The notes: generated by a model from the letters alone, not told the origin. Shown: positions 28,053-37,469, counted from the stretch's first letter. The stretch: DNA of 64,000 nucleotides from Acidobacteriota bacterium (GCA_965263035.1 OZ253580.1:256001-320000); one strand, 5' to 3'. A program made the numbers and translations.

Positions 28053-28892
28053 TCAGGAGCCCTTGGTCTGTGCGGAAGAAAGTTCCAGGTTCACCACCTG
28101 ATTCAGGGAGCCGGATCGAAAACTCTGCAGATCCAGAGTGACATACCTATAACCGAGGGAGCGGAGCTTCCGGTTGACGTCGTCGAAGAGATCCGGATCC
28201 ATCAGCTTCTGGCGCTCCGCCCGATCGACCTCGATCCGGGCCAGTTCCTCGTGGTGACGCACCCGGAAACTGATCACCCCCAGGCTCCGGATGTACGCCT
28301 CGGCCGCGTCGACCTGCTGCAGCTTCTCCTCGGTGATGGCGACACCGTAGGGAAAGCGGGAGGAGAGACAGGGCATGGCCGGAAGGTCCCAGGTGGGGAG
28401 ACCCCACTTGAGAGACAGGGACCGGATCTCATCCTTGCTCAGCTTCACGTCGATGAAGGGACTCAGGACGCCCTGCTCTCGAGAGGCGCGCCGGCCCGGC
28501 CGGTAGTCGCCGATGTCGTCCAGGTTTGAACCGTCCAGAATCGCTTCCGCATTCCATTCCTGAAGCAGTTGCTTCAGGTGAACGTAGAGTTCGTCCTTGC
28601 AGAAGTAGCATCGATTCGTGGGATTCCGGACGTAGTCGGGATTGTCCATCTCCCGGGTCTCGATCAGCGTGTGATTCAACTGGTAGCGCCGGGCGAAGTC
28701 CAGAGCCAAACGGCGCTGGTACCCGGAAACGGAGGGCGAAAGGGCCGTGACGGCCCGCGATTCGTCTCCCAACACCCGCTGGGCGCAGAAGGCCAGGTAA
28801 CTGCTGTCGACGCCGCCGCTGAAAGCCACGACGACCCGGTGATACCGCTCCAAGTATTGAAAGAGGTTTTTTTCTTTCGCTTCGAGATCCAC
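28053..28892 (-). CDS. larE: LarE-like PP-loop ATP-dependent sulfur transferase
   Basis: AFSGGVDS, RCYFCK, DYRPG, CLSSRFPYG; GTG start inferred. Confidence 0.88.
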   Translation of the reverse strand: MDLEAKEKNLFQYLERYHRVVVAFSGGVDSSYLAFCAQRVLGDESRAVTALSPSVSGYQRRLALDFARRYQLNHTLIETREMDNPDYVRNPTNRCYFCKDELYVHLKQLLQEWNAEAILDGSNLDDIGDYRPGRRASREQGVLSPFIDVKLSKDEIRSLSLKWGLPTWDLPAMPCLSSRFPYGVAITEEKLQQVDAAEAYIRSLGVISFRVRHHEELARIEVDRAERQKLMDPDLFDDVNRKLRSLGYRYVTLDLQSFRSGSLNQVVNLELSSAQTKGS

Positions 28893-29137
28893 TGCCGCGA
28901 TTCTATCATTCGGAGGAATTATCAGGAACGGCGGACGATGAGTACGGATCTCTTGCCACGGCAGGGACCCGGCAAAGTCAGGGAAGATACTGCCTATTTG
29001 GACCGACTGCCTCGGGCGTCCCCGACAAGATCGCCTCCCGTACTCTTTCCTCTTTCCTCGTTCCTCCCCGGTCGGAAAACTCCCCATATGTTAGTATGGA
29101 ATCAATCCAATCGGCGCCCTCGAGCCTGGGAGAAACC

Positions 29138-30169
29138 ATGAAAATAACGCCGAGACTTCTGTTGCTGGCTACCCTCCTCGTCCCCTCCGGACTGGCCCAA
29201 ACGGCGGCCTTGGCCTCAAGCCAGGCGGCGGACCGCGATTCCCGGAAGATCGAGGAGGAAAGGGATCGGCCCCAGGGCCGGGCCGCCCTGACCGTAAAGG
29301 TCAATCAAGTCCGATTGGACGCCACCGTGCGCGACCGCAAAGGCAACCTGATCCAAGGGCTCCAGCAAGAGCACTTCGACGTCTATGAAAACAAGGTGAA
29401 GCAGAAGCTCACTCACTTCAGCCCCATCGAAGCTCCCATCACGGCCGTCCTCGTGACCGAATACAGCGCCGTCCTGCCCTGGGAGATGCTCTACGAAGCC
29501 TGGCTCGGGTCCCGAATCTTCGCGGAGAACATGCGCAAGGAAGACTGGATCGCCGTGGTCGCCTACGACCTGAAGCCGGAAATCCTGGTGGACTTCACCC
29601 AGGACAAATTCGAGGTGTTTCAAGCCCTTAAGCGCCTGAACTATCCCGGCTTTCGTGAGAGCAACCTCTACGACACCATTTTCGACGTCCTGGATCGAGT
29701 CGAAGAGACGGAGGGCAAGACCGCCGTCGTGCTCATCTCGACCGGCTTGGACACCTTCAGTCGAATAAACATGGGAGAGGCCCTGGACAAGGTCAAGAGA
29801 ACCAACGCGGTGATCTATCCCGTCAGCATCGGCCAGAACCTGAGGCTCCGGTACGAACAACACTTCTCGAGCTCGACGAGGATGGACTTCTACCAAGCCG
29901 ACGTGGTCTTGAAGGAGATGGCCAAGTACACCGGAGGAGAAGCGTTCTTCCCCCGCTTCACGACCCAGTTTCGAAACATCTTTCTGACCATCTCCAATCT
30001 TCTCCGGAACCAGTACTCGTTGGGCTATATCTCGACCAACACCAAGAAGGACGGGAAGCTGCGCCGGATCAAGGTGGAAGTGAAGGTGGACGTCGACGGG
30101 GACGGCAAGATCGACAAGCTCAAGGTCGCCCACCGGAGAGGTTACCTGGCCGAAGAGAAAGAGAAGTAA
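29138..30169 (+). CDS. VWA domain protein (Acidobacteria VWFA type, degenerate MIDAS)
   Basis: Same architecture as the paralogues (LRNQYSLGY, RRGY end) but VTEYS and STGLD replace DxSxS and TDG. Confidence 0.85.
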   Translation: MKITPRLLLLATLLVPSGLAQTAALASSQAADRDSRKIEEERDRPQGRAALTVKVNQVRLDATVRDRKGNLIQGLQQEHFDVYENKVKQKLTHFSPIEAPITAVLVTEYSAVLPWEMLYEAWLGSRIFAENMRKEDWIAVVAYDLKPEILVDFTQDKFEVFQALKRLNYPGFRESNLYDTIFDVLDRVEETEGKTAVVLISTGLDTFSRINMGEALDKVKRTNAVIYPVSIGQNLRLRYEQHFSSSTRMDFYQADVVLKEMAKYTGGEAFFPRFTTQFRNIFLTISNLLRNQYSLGYISTNTKKDGKLRRIKVEVKVDVDGDGKIDKLKVAHRRGYLAEEKEK

Positions 30170-30217
30170 GCGCCCCCGGAGCGACCGCATCGCGCTGCTC
30201 CGACCTGTCTTCCCTCC

Positions 30218-31354
30218 TCACTTCTCGCTCCTCATTCCTCGCTTTTCCTCTTGCCTGACTCCCTCACCGTGTACCGGAATGCTCAACTGCTCCACCACGT
30301 TCAGCTTGAACCCCTCCAGACCGACGATCTTCTTGGGATGGTTGGTGAGCACCCGGATGTTGCGTAGACCCAGATCGGCCAGAATCTGGGCTCCGACGCC
30401 ATAGTCCCGGAAATTGGCGGGATACTGGATCTCCCCGGTGATCTCCCGCAACAGCCGGTCCTCCTTGTCCGTGTACCGTAGGTAGACCAGGACTCCCCGA
30501 CCCTCGTTCTGGATCATTTCCAGCGCCTTCCGGAGCTCGCGTCCCGAGTCATGCTTCAATCCGGAGAAGACGTCTCCCAGAAGCAGGGCGGAGTGGACTC
30601 GAACCAGGATCGGTTCATCGGTGTTCACTCTCCCCTTGGTCAGGACCAGGTGACGGTTCCCGTCCAGCTCATTCTCATACAGGAGCAGTTGGAACTTGCC
30701 CTGCTCGCCTTCGAAGGGAGTCTCCTGGATGCGTTTGACGAACCGCTCGGTCCGGAGCCTGAACTTCATCAGGTCGACGACCGATACGATCTTGATGCCG
30801 TGCCTCGCGGCGAAACGCTGGAGGTCGGGCAGCCGCGCCATGGTGCCGTCCTCGTTCATGATCTCGCAGATGACGCCGGCCGGGTCGAGGCCGGCGATCC
30901 GGGCCAGGTCCACGGCCGCTTCGGTCTGGCCCGCCCGTTCCAGAACTCCTCCGGGCCGGGCCCGCAGCGGGAAGACGTGCCCCGGCCGGATCAAGTCTTC
31001 CGGCCGGGTGTGGGGGTCGATGGCGGTCAGGATGGTGGTGGCCCGGTCCGCGGCCGAGATTCCGGTGGAAACATTCCGTCGGCCCTCGATGCTGACGCAG
31101 AATGCGGTCTCGTACATGGACTCGTTCCTGGAGACCATGAGGGGAATCTCCAGACGATCCAGCCGTTCGGGCGTCATGGACATGCAGATCAGGCCGCGTC
31201 CGTGGGTGGCCATGAAATTGATGCTCTCCGGCGTCACCCGCTCGGCCGCCATGGTCAAGTCACCTTCGTTCTCGCGGTCCTCCTCGTCCACCACGATGAT
31301 CATCTTGCCGTCGCAGATGTCCTCGATGGCGCTCTCGATGGAATCCAGGCTCAT
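30218..31354 (-). CDS. ribB: DHBP synthase fused to a degenerate GTP cyclohydrolase II domain (RibBX type)
   Basis: DRENEGD, RPGHVFPL, GQTEAAVD, VICEI; C-terminal RVHSALLLGDVFSGLKHDSG lacks the Zn-binding cysteines. Confidence 0.92.
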   Translation of the reverse strand: MSLDSIESAIEDICDGKMIIVVDEEDRENEGDLTMAAERVTPESINFMATHGRGLICMSMTPERLDRLEIPLMVSRNESMYETAFCVSIEGRRNVSTGISAADRATTILTAIDPHTRPEDLIRPGHVFPLRARPGGVLERAGQTEAAVDLARIAGLDPAGVICEIMNEDGTMARLPDLQRFAARHGIKIVSVVDLMKFRLRTERFVKRIQETPFEGEQGKFQLLLYENELDGNRHLVLTKGRVNTDEPILVRVHSALLLGDVFSGLKHDSGRELRKALEMIQNEGRGVLVYLRYTDKEDRLLREITGEIQYPANFRDYGVGAQILADLGLRNIRVLTNHPKKIVGLEGFKLNVVEQLSIPVHGEGVRQEEKRGMRSEK

Positions 31355-31381
31355 GTCTGAAGATAACTCCTATTATTCCCC

Positions 31382-32011
31382 CTACTTCACCGGTGGGAGC
31401 CGGCGAAGCCAACGCAGCGCAACCTGGGACCGGGTCTGGAAACTGGTCAGGGCGAGACGATATCTGCGTTCCGTGTATTCCAGGAGGATGGGATTGTCCG
31501 GGTCCTTCAACAACACCCATTCGGCGCCTCGATCATCCTCTGCCCGGATGACGGGCACCTCGTACGGGCGTCGATTCAAACTGAGCCGGAATCGATCTTC
31601 CTCCAACAATTCAAGCTTACGGGGAAAGCGGTTCATCTTGATCCGGGTCCTGCCTGTGGTCACGAGCTCACCATAGGTCTTCCGGGAGACCCAGACCGTC
31701 ATGACCTTCTTGGACTCCATCTCCACACCGGGTTCGAAGAGGCCGAAGAGACTGAAGCTGGTCCCCTTGAGCACGGAGTTGCGAAAGAGATGGAGAGTCC
31801 CCTGATTGGCGTAGGACTCCCACTCCAGGACCACGTCGGGACCGTAACGCGCCACCCGCAGGATCCACTCCCGTTCCACGGGACCCGAGTAGCTCTTGTA
31901 GATGAGAACCGAGTTGGGACCCACCTCGATGGGTCCGGCCCCTTCCGCCTTCGAGCTAGCCGGAAAAATCAGCAGGCTGCCCAGTATGGTGACGAATGTG
32001 TGTTTCCACAT
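31382..32011 (-). CDS. Hypothetical exported protein
   Basis: 209-aa ORF with signal peptide, co-oriented between rib genes. Confidence 0.7.
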   Translation of the reverse strand: MWKHTFVTILGSLLIFPASSKAEGAGPIEVGPNSVLIYKSYSGPVEREWILRVARYGPDVVLEWESYANQGTLHLFRNSVLKGTSFSLFGLFEPGVEMESKKVMTVWVSRKTYGELVTTGRTRIKMNRFPRKLELLEEDRFRLSLNRRPYEVPVIRAEDDRGAEWVLLKDPDNPILLEYTERRYRLALTSFQTRSQVALRWLRRLPPVK

Positions 32012-32576
32012 ACTTACTGATCAGGTCCGATTCCAGGTTCAATCGATCTCCGACCGCCATCCTCCCGAAGTTCGTGACCGCCATGGTATGGGGGATGATT
32101 GTGGCCTCAAAGCCCTTGGAATTCAACGCCGACAGCGTCAGGCTCACGCCGTTGACGGCGATGCTCCCCTTGAACGTGCAGTAGCGCAACACTTCCGCTG
32201 GGGCTTCGATCCGGAAGATCCAGGAGTTCCCCTCGGGCCGCTTGGAGACCAGACGTCCGGGTGCGTCCACATGCCCCTGCACCAGATGTCCCCCCAGGAA
32301 ATCGGAAAGCCTCGCCGCCGGCTCCAGGTTCAGTGGATCTCCGACTCGCCGGTCCGAAAGATTGGTGCGGAGAAGAGTTTCAGGCGTCGCCTCCACCTGG
32401 AAGGTCGTCCCGGTCCTGCGGAACACCGTGAGACACACGCCGTCCACGCTGATGCTGTGGCCGATCTCCAACTCGCCGAGGAGCCCGGGGCTGCATTGCA
32501 GGGTCAGCCGCGCGCCCCAGGGCCCCATTTCCTGCTCCCGGATGGGGGCCGTCTCCCTTACGATTCCGGTGAACAT
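31956..32576 (-). CDS. ribE: Riboflavin synthase (alpha chain)
   Basis: MFTGIV start, GVCLT, GGHLVQGHVD, NGVSLT. Confidence 0.96.
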   Translation of the reverse strand: MFTGIVRETAPIREQEMGPWGARLTLQCSPGLLGELEIGHSISVDGVCLTVFRRTGTTFQVEATPETLLRTNLSDRRVGDPLNLEPAARLSDFLGGHLVQGHVDAPGRLVSKRPEGNSWIFRIEAPAEVLRYCTFKGSIAVNGVSLTLSALNSKGFEATIIPHTMAVTNFGRMAVGDRLNLESDLISKYVETHIRHHTGQPADFSG

Positions 32577-32693
32577 TCGATTGCTATCCTCGCTTCGAGA
32601 CGACCTCTCCGGTCAAATCGGTTGCCAGTTTACTACGACGCGGTGCAACAGCCGCAGGACCGGCGCTGTTTCTACGGCGCAGACTCCGAGCGG

Positions 32694-33842
32694 TCATTCG
32701 TTCCGGAGTATCGATCTCAAAGATAGTTCCTCGATCATTTCGTGAAATCTGTCCAAGGCGGGCCGCAAGTCACTGTGCGGCAGGCCGAAACTCACCCGCA
32801 CGAAGTGATCGATGGAAAAGTGATCCCCCGGTACGATCAGGACACTCTTTTCCAAGGCGAGTCGTTCCACCAGTTGAGTCGAGTTGATGTCGAAATGGTA
32901 ACGAATGAAGGCGATCGCGCCAGCGTCCGGTGGCCTCAGGCTGAAGCTGCCCGGATGCAGATCCATCCAGCTTTGGAGTACTGGATAACCTCGACGGATG
33001 TAGGAACGAGTGCGGCGTAACAGCCAGGAGCGAACTTCGGGGGACAGAGCCAGGGCCGCCAGTTGGTTTGAGAGCATTGTCGCACTGATCGTCGTGTATT
33101 CATGGCGTGCCCAGATATCATCCACGATGCCGGCCGGCGCCGTTACCCAGCCGATCCTGAGGCCCGGTAGTCCGTAGGCCTTGCTCAGGCTCCCCGTTAC
33201 GAGGACCTTGTCGTACCGCCCATAAAAGGAAGGGGTCTCCTCGTCGGTGAGGCGCTCGGCCCCGGCATAGACTTCATCGGCGAGGATCCAGCTTCCGACC
33301 CGGTCAGCGATGTTGATGATGGCGTCCATCTCGGATTCGGAAAGAACGCACCCGGTCGGATTGTTGGGATTGCACACCGCTATCAGCCGGGTTCTGGCGG
33401 TCACCATTGACTCCAGTTCCGCCAGATCCGGCGTCCAGCCCGTTTCCTCCCGCAGATGAAAGGTCTTCAATGCAAGGCCATGGTTCTTGGCCAGTCCCCA
33501 GATCTGCATGTAATTCGGGAGCATTACAACGATCTCGTCACCGGCGGCCAGAAGGGTCTTCAGCACAAGGTAGTTGGCTTCAATCGCCCCGACCGTTACC
33601 AGGACGTTCTCCGGTGTTCCGCCTTGATAGAGCCGCGCGATGTTCTGCCGAAGCTTGGGTATCCCATTGGTGTGGGGGTAGTTCAGGTCGGTGTCCAGCA
33701 AGCTTTGCAGATAGCCGTTCTCCCGATCCACGAGTTCCCGGAGCAAGACCGGATGGACGCCGCTCTCGGAAAGATTGTATTTCACCTCCTTCTCGAGCCT
33801 GGAAAACATGCGTTCCATATGGAATGGCTGAAATACGTGCAT
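32694..33842 (-). CDS. PLP-dependent aminotransferase class I/II
   Basis: CNPNNPTG, DEVY, SLSKAYGLPGLRIGW. Confidence 0.92.
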   Translation of the reverse strand: MHVFQPFHMERMFSRLEKEVKYNLSESGVHPVLLRELVDRENGYLQSLLDTDLNYPHTNGIPKLRQNIARLYQGGTPENVLVTVGAIEANYLVLKTLLAAGDEIVVMLPNYMQIWGLAKNHGLALKTFHLREETGWTPDLAELESMVTARTRLIAVCNPNNPTGCVLSESEMDAIINIADRVGSWILADEVYAGAERLTDEETPSFYGRYDKVLVTGSLSKAYGLPGLRIGWVTAPAGIVDDIWARHEYTTISATMLSNQLAALALSPEVRSWLLRRTRSYIRRGYPVLQSWMDLHPGSFSLRPPDAGAIAFIRYHFDINSTQLVERLALEKSVLIVPGDHFSIDHFVRVSFGLPHSDLRPALDRFHEMIEELSLRSILRNE

Positions 33843-33928
33843 GATTCCCGCTTCCTCTTACTCCTTTCTGTTCTTGCCTCGAACAGGTCAATTTTCCCCA
33901 AACATTTTTCCTGCGACGCAGGCTCTTA

Positions 33929-34089
33929 GGAGTCTGCGCGGTAGAAATGATCGTAGCGAGAAAGTGGGGAATCGAGGCCAGATTTTCTCGATTTGGAGGT
34001 GCATAGTTGTTCTATTCGCCGAGAAATCGGGGAAATATGGACCGATTCTACCGCTTTCGCAGTAGATCAATTTCTGCGGCGCAGGCTCC
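33929..34089. mobile_element. MITE family B (161 bp, TA on both sides)
   Basis: TA-GGAGTCTGCGCGGTAGAAATGATC...GATCAATTTCTGCGGCGCAGGCTCC-TA imperfect TIRs; the right end overlaps the rluB stop codon. Confidence 0.75.
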
Positions 34090-34796
34090 TAGCCTGCATT
34101 TCTCCGCTTGAGCCGGCGGACCTCCCAATCCGCAAGTTCCCGATATCGTCCCGGGGTCAGTCGTCCCAGCCTCAAGGGGCCGATTGCGACCCGTCTCAAC
34201 TTCATGATCAGGTGGCCGACGGCCTCGAACATGATCCGAAGCTGCCGATTCCTGCCCTGCACCAGAACCACCTCATACCAAGGGTTGTTCCCCGGCTCCA
34301 GCAAGCGGATCCGGCGGACCGCCATTCGTTTGCCTCCGGAACGAATCCCGCGTTGGAGGCGCCGAAGCGCGGCCGGCGAGGGACACCGCGCCACCTTGAC
34401 GTGGTAGACCTTCTCCAGGGTGCCGGCTCGGGTGATGGTCCGGACCAAGTCCCCGTCATTGGTGAGCAGCATCAGGCCCTCGCTCTGAAAGTCCAGCCGG
34501 CCCGCGGGAACCAACCGGACCCGGGAGGGGACCAGCTTGGTGACGACCGGCCGGCCACGGGGGTCGGAGACGGCGCTCAGAACGCCGCGCGGCTTGTTCA
34601 CGATGTAGTATTCGGTCCGCTCCGGGCGCAGAAGGACACCGTCGACCCGCACCTCGTCCCGGACCGGATCCGCCCGTGTTCCCACCCGGTCGACGACTTT
34701 CCCGTTGACTGTGACTCGGCCCTGGAGGATGAAGTCCTCGGACTTCCGCCGGGAAGCCAGGCCGGCATGAGCCATGATCTTCTGCAGTCGCCACAT
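34089..34796 (-). CDS. rluB: 23S rRNA pseudouridine synthase (RluB/RsuA family)
   Basis: S4 domain RLQKIMAHAGLASRRK, GRLD, EKVY, GRNRQLR; follows scpAB. Confidence 0.9.
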   Translation of the reverse strand: MWRLQKIMAHAGLASRRKSEDFILQGRVTVNGKVVDRVGTRADPVRDEVRVDGVLLRPERTEYYIVNKPRGVLSAVSDPRGRPVVTKLVPSRVRLVPAGRLDFQSEGLMLLTNDGDLVRTITRAGTLEKVYHVKVARCPSPAALRRLQRGIRSGGKRMAVRRIRLLEPGNNPWYEVVLVQGRNRQLRIMFEAVGHLIMKLRRVAIGPLRLGRLTPGRYRELADWEVRRLKRRNAG

Positions 34797-34850
34797 CGTT
34801 CTCTGAGAATCTTACGCGGCGTCACGACCTGACGCGAACCGAACTGGAAA

Positions 34851-34994
34851 GGAGGGGCGACTTCCAGTCGCCCCTCCTCTGCGCCCCCGTACGTCCATTA
34901 CGCCATGCCCCGTTCGGAGTTCGGCGGATGGAAACCGCCGCTCCCGTCCCTTTTATTCCGCGATTTCGCCGGACCCCGGCTGGTGGGGGAGCTT
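34851..34994 (-). repeat. Composite REP doublet homologous to 4432-4550
   Basis: Reverse complement reads AAGCTCCCCCACCAGCC..GGTCCGGCG..AAAAGGG..GGAGCGGCGGTTTCCATCCGCCGAACTCCG..GGGCGACTGGAAGTCGCCCCTCC. Confidence 0.8.
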
Positions 34995-35114
34995 CTATTC
35001 AATTCCCGATTCCTGAAAAACGGTCAGATTTTACTATTCATAGCAAAACTCATGTCGAAATTTGCTATTGATAGAAAATACTCCCAGGTTGCCCCCAAGC
35101 GGTTGGGGGATTTT

Positions 35115-35648
35115 CTAACTGGAAAGAATCTCTTCGAACTCGGCGAGAGTCGGAAGCTCGTTCAGGTCATTGAGGCCGAAGTGGACCAGAAACTGCCGGC
35201 CGATCCCGTAGAGAATGGGGCGTCCCACCGTCTTCTTGCGGCCCTGAGCTTCGATGAGCTTCTTCTCCAGCAGGGTCCGTATCGTCGAGGTTCCTTTCAC
35301 GCCCCGGATTTCGGCGATCTCGGGCAGGGTCACCGGGTGCTTGTAGACAATGACCGCCAGCGTCTCGAGTGCGGCCAGCGAGAGTCGGGCCGATGGCCGG
35401 CTCTTCAGATATCGCCGGATGGTCTCGTGATGCCGGGCCTGGCTGTTCATCCGGTAGCCTCCGGCGACCTGCCGGATCTCCACCGAGTCCTGGACCGTGT
35501 TGAATTCTTCCGCCAACTCCTTCAGGAACCGAGCAAGGTCCTGGGAAGAAGTATCCGGAAAGACCTGGTGGAGCTGAAGGAGGGAGACAGGTTCCTTGGC
35601 GACGAAGAGTACGGCCAGGATCTGTGAAGCGAGCGGGTCCTTCAACAT
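35115..35648 (-). CDS. scpB: SMC-Scp complex subunit ScpB
   Basis: QVAGGY, LSLAALETLAVIVYKHPVT, EIRGV, GRPILY, FGL. Confidence 0.95.
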   Translation of the reverse strand: MLKDPLASQILAVLFVAKEPVSLLQLHQVFPDTSSQDLARFLKELAEEFNTVQDSVEIRQVAGGYRMNSQARHHETIRRYLKSRPSARLSLAALETLAVIVYKHPVTLPEIAEIRGVKGTSTIRTLLEKKLIEAQGRKKTVGRPILYGIGRQFLVHFGLNDLNELPTLAEFEEILSS

Positions 35649-36355
35649 GCCACGATTCGAATGTCCTGAAACGCGCCTTTCTGGAAGAGGCGAATCTCAC
35701 CCAGACGAACCATCTCCAGGAGCGCCATGAGGGCGACCACCAGGTGGCGCCTGGAAATGCCCCGTTTGAAGAACAGGGAAAAGAAGAACTCTCCCTCCAA
35801 TTGAAGGAGCCGTCGAATCTCGTGGATCTTGCCTTCCAACGTCACCTCGTCTCGATCGATCTTCACCAGAATCCGGTCCTTGTACCGGTTCACGATCTGG
35901 TGAAACGCTCGGACCACGTCAAAGAGGTCGACCACGACCATCTCCTTCTCTTCCTCCTCGAACTCGTTCGCCCCTCGAGTCCAGGACGAGTGCTCCAGGA
36001 TCTCTCTTTCGTGGAGCAGGTGGGCCGCTTTCCTGAACTGCTCGTGCTGGAGCAGATCCCGGACCAGTTCCTCCCTGGGGTCTTCCTCCGGTTCCGGCTC
36101 GGACGAGTCGTCCTCAGGAAGGAGCATTCTGGACTTGATGTAGATCAGCGTGGCCGCCATGACCAGGTATTCACCGGCAACGGTCAGGTTCAGATTCCGC
36201 ATCAGTTGCAGGTAGTCGAGGTATTGCCGCGTCACCCGGGCGATGGGAATGTCCCGGATGTCCAATTCCTGGGTTCGGATCAGGTGGAGCAGCAGGTCCA
36301 GCGGGCCCTCGAAGACATCGAGCTGAACTTGGCACGTCTCGGATTCGGTCACCAT
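35642..36355 (-). CDS. scpA: Segregation and condensation protein A
   Basis: FEGPLDLLLHLI, MAATLIYIKSRMLLP, ALLEM. Confidence 0.95.
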   Translation of the reverse strand: MVTESETCQVQLDVFEGPLDLLLHLIRTQELDIRDIPIARVTRQYLDYLQLMRNLNLTVAGEYLVMAATLIYIKSRMLLPEDDSSEPEPEEDPREELVRDLLQHEQFRKAAHLLHEREILEHSSWTRGANEFEEEEKEMVVVDLFDVVRAFHQIVNRYKDRILVKIDRDEVTLEGKIHEIRRLLQLEGEFFFSLFFKRGISRRHLVVALMALLEMVRLGEIRLFQKGAFQDIRIVAC

Positions 36356-37356
36356 TTCGAACGCCGGTCATAATCTATCCTCATGGCCTGACGCACCTCG
36401 CCCAGAGTCTCCCGGGCACGGCCCCGGACCCGCCGGCTGCCCTCCACCAGAATCTCCTTCACTCTCTCCCGGTCTCCCTCCAAATCGAGCCGCTTCTGGT
36501 GCAAGGGCTCCACGACCGGGATCATTCCCTCCAGCAGCCGGCGCTTGCAGTCGATGCAACCGATCTTCGCCGTCCGGCAACCCTGGGCCGCCCACGCCTG
36601 CCCCTCGGGCGGCGTGAAGACCTTGTGGTGGTCGAAGACCGGACACACGTCCGGGTTTCCCGGGTCGGTCCGGCGCACCCGTGCCGGGTCGGTGACCATG
36701 GTCATGACCTTGCGGCGGATCTTGGCCGGATCTTCGGACATCTGGATCACGTTGCCGTAGCTCTTGCTCATCTTCCGGCCATCGGTGCCCGGTAGCCGCG
36801 GATTGGTGGTGAGCTTGGCCTGGGGCTCGGGAAAGACCCGGCCGAAGAAATGGTTGAAGCGCCGGGCGATCTCCCGCACCAACTCCAAGTGGGAAACCTG
36901 ATCCTCGCCCACGGGCACCACTTCCCCCTTGTAGATCAGGATGTCCGCCGCCTGCAGAACCGGATATCCCAGGAAGCCGTAGTTCGAGAGATCCTTCTCC
37001 CGGAGCTGCATGACCTGCTCCTTGTAGGTGGGGACCCGCTCCAGCCAGGGCACGGGAACCACCATGGACAAGAGCAGATGGAGCTCGGCATGCTCCGGCA
37101 CCAGAGACTGGATCATCAGGGCCGATTTTTCAGGATCGAGCCCGGCCGCGATCCAGTCGATGGCGATCTCGATCACGTTGTCCTGCACCGCGCGGGTATC
37201 CTGATACTCGGAGGTCAACGCGTGCCAATCCACGATCCCGTAGATGCAGTCGTACTCCTCCTGCATGCCGACCCAGTTGTCCAGGGCGCCGATGAGGTGC
37301 CCCAGATGCAACCGGCCCGTCGGCCTCATTCCGCTGAAAACCCGTTTCTTGGTCAC
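36349..37356 (-). CDS. trpS: Tryptophan--tRNA ligase
   Basis: FSGMRPTGRLHLGH, YPVLQAADIL, VPVGEDQ, KMSKS. Confidence 0.97.
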   Translation of the reverse strand: MTKKRVFSGMRPTGRLHLGHLIGALDNWVGMQEEYDCIYGIVDWHALTSEYQDTRAVQDNVIEIAIDWIAAGLDPEKSALMIQSLVPEHAELHLLLSMVVPVPWLERVPTYKEQVMQLREKDLSNYGFLGYPVLQAADILIYKGEVVPVGEDQVSHLELVREIARRFNHFFGRVFPEPQAKLTTNPRLPGTDGRKMSKSYGNVIQMSEDPAKIRRKVMTMVTDPARVRRTDPGNPDVCPVFDHHKVFTPPEGQAWAAQGCRTAKIGCIDCKRRLLEGMIPVVEPLHQKRLDLEGDRERVKEILVEGSRRVRGRARETLGEVRQAMRIDYDRRSKW

Positions 37357-37439
37357 GATTCCGGTCTCCCAATGAACTCGCACAGACTACCCGCCGCCAC
37401 TGCCGTCCTCCACATTCGAAAGCGACGCCCATGATTTAC

Positions 37440-37469
37440 CAGATCCCCCCGTCTCGCAACCGGGCGCAC
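37440..37469 (-). other. Possible collapsed relic of a group IIC intron 5' end behind a REP tail
   Basis: Minus strand GTCGCCCCTC|GTGCGCCCGG-TTGCGAGA-CGGGGGGATCTG; shares CTC|GTGCGCCCG with the intact intron junction. Confidence 0.4.
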
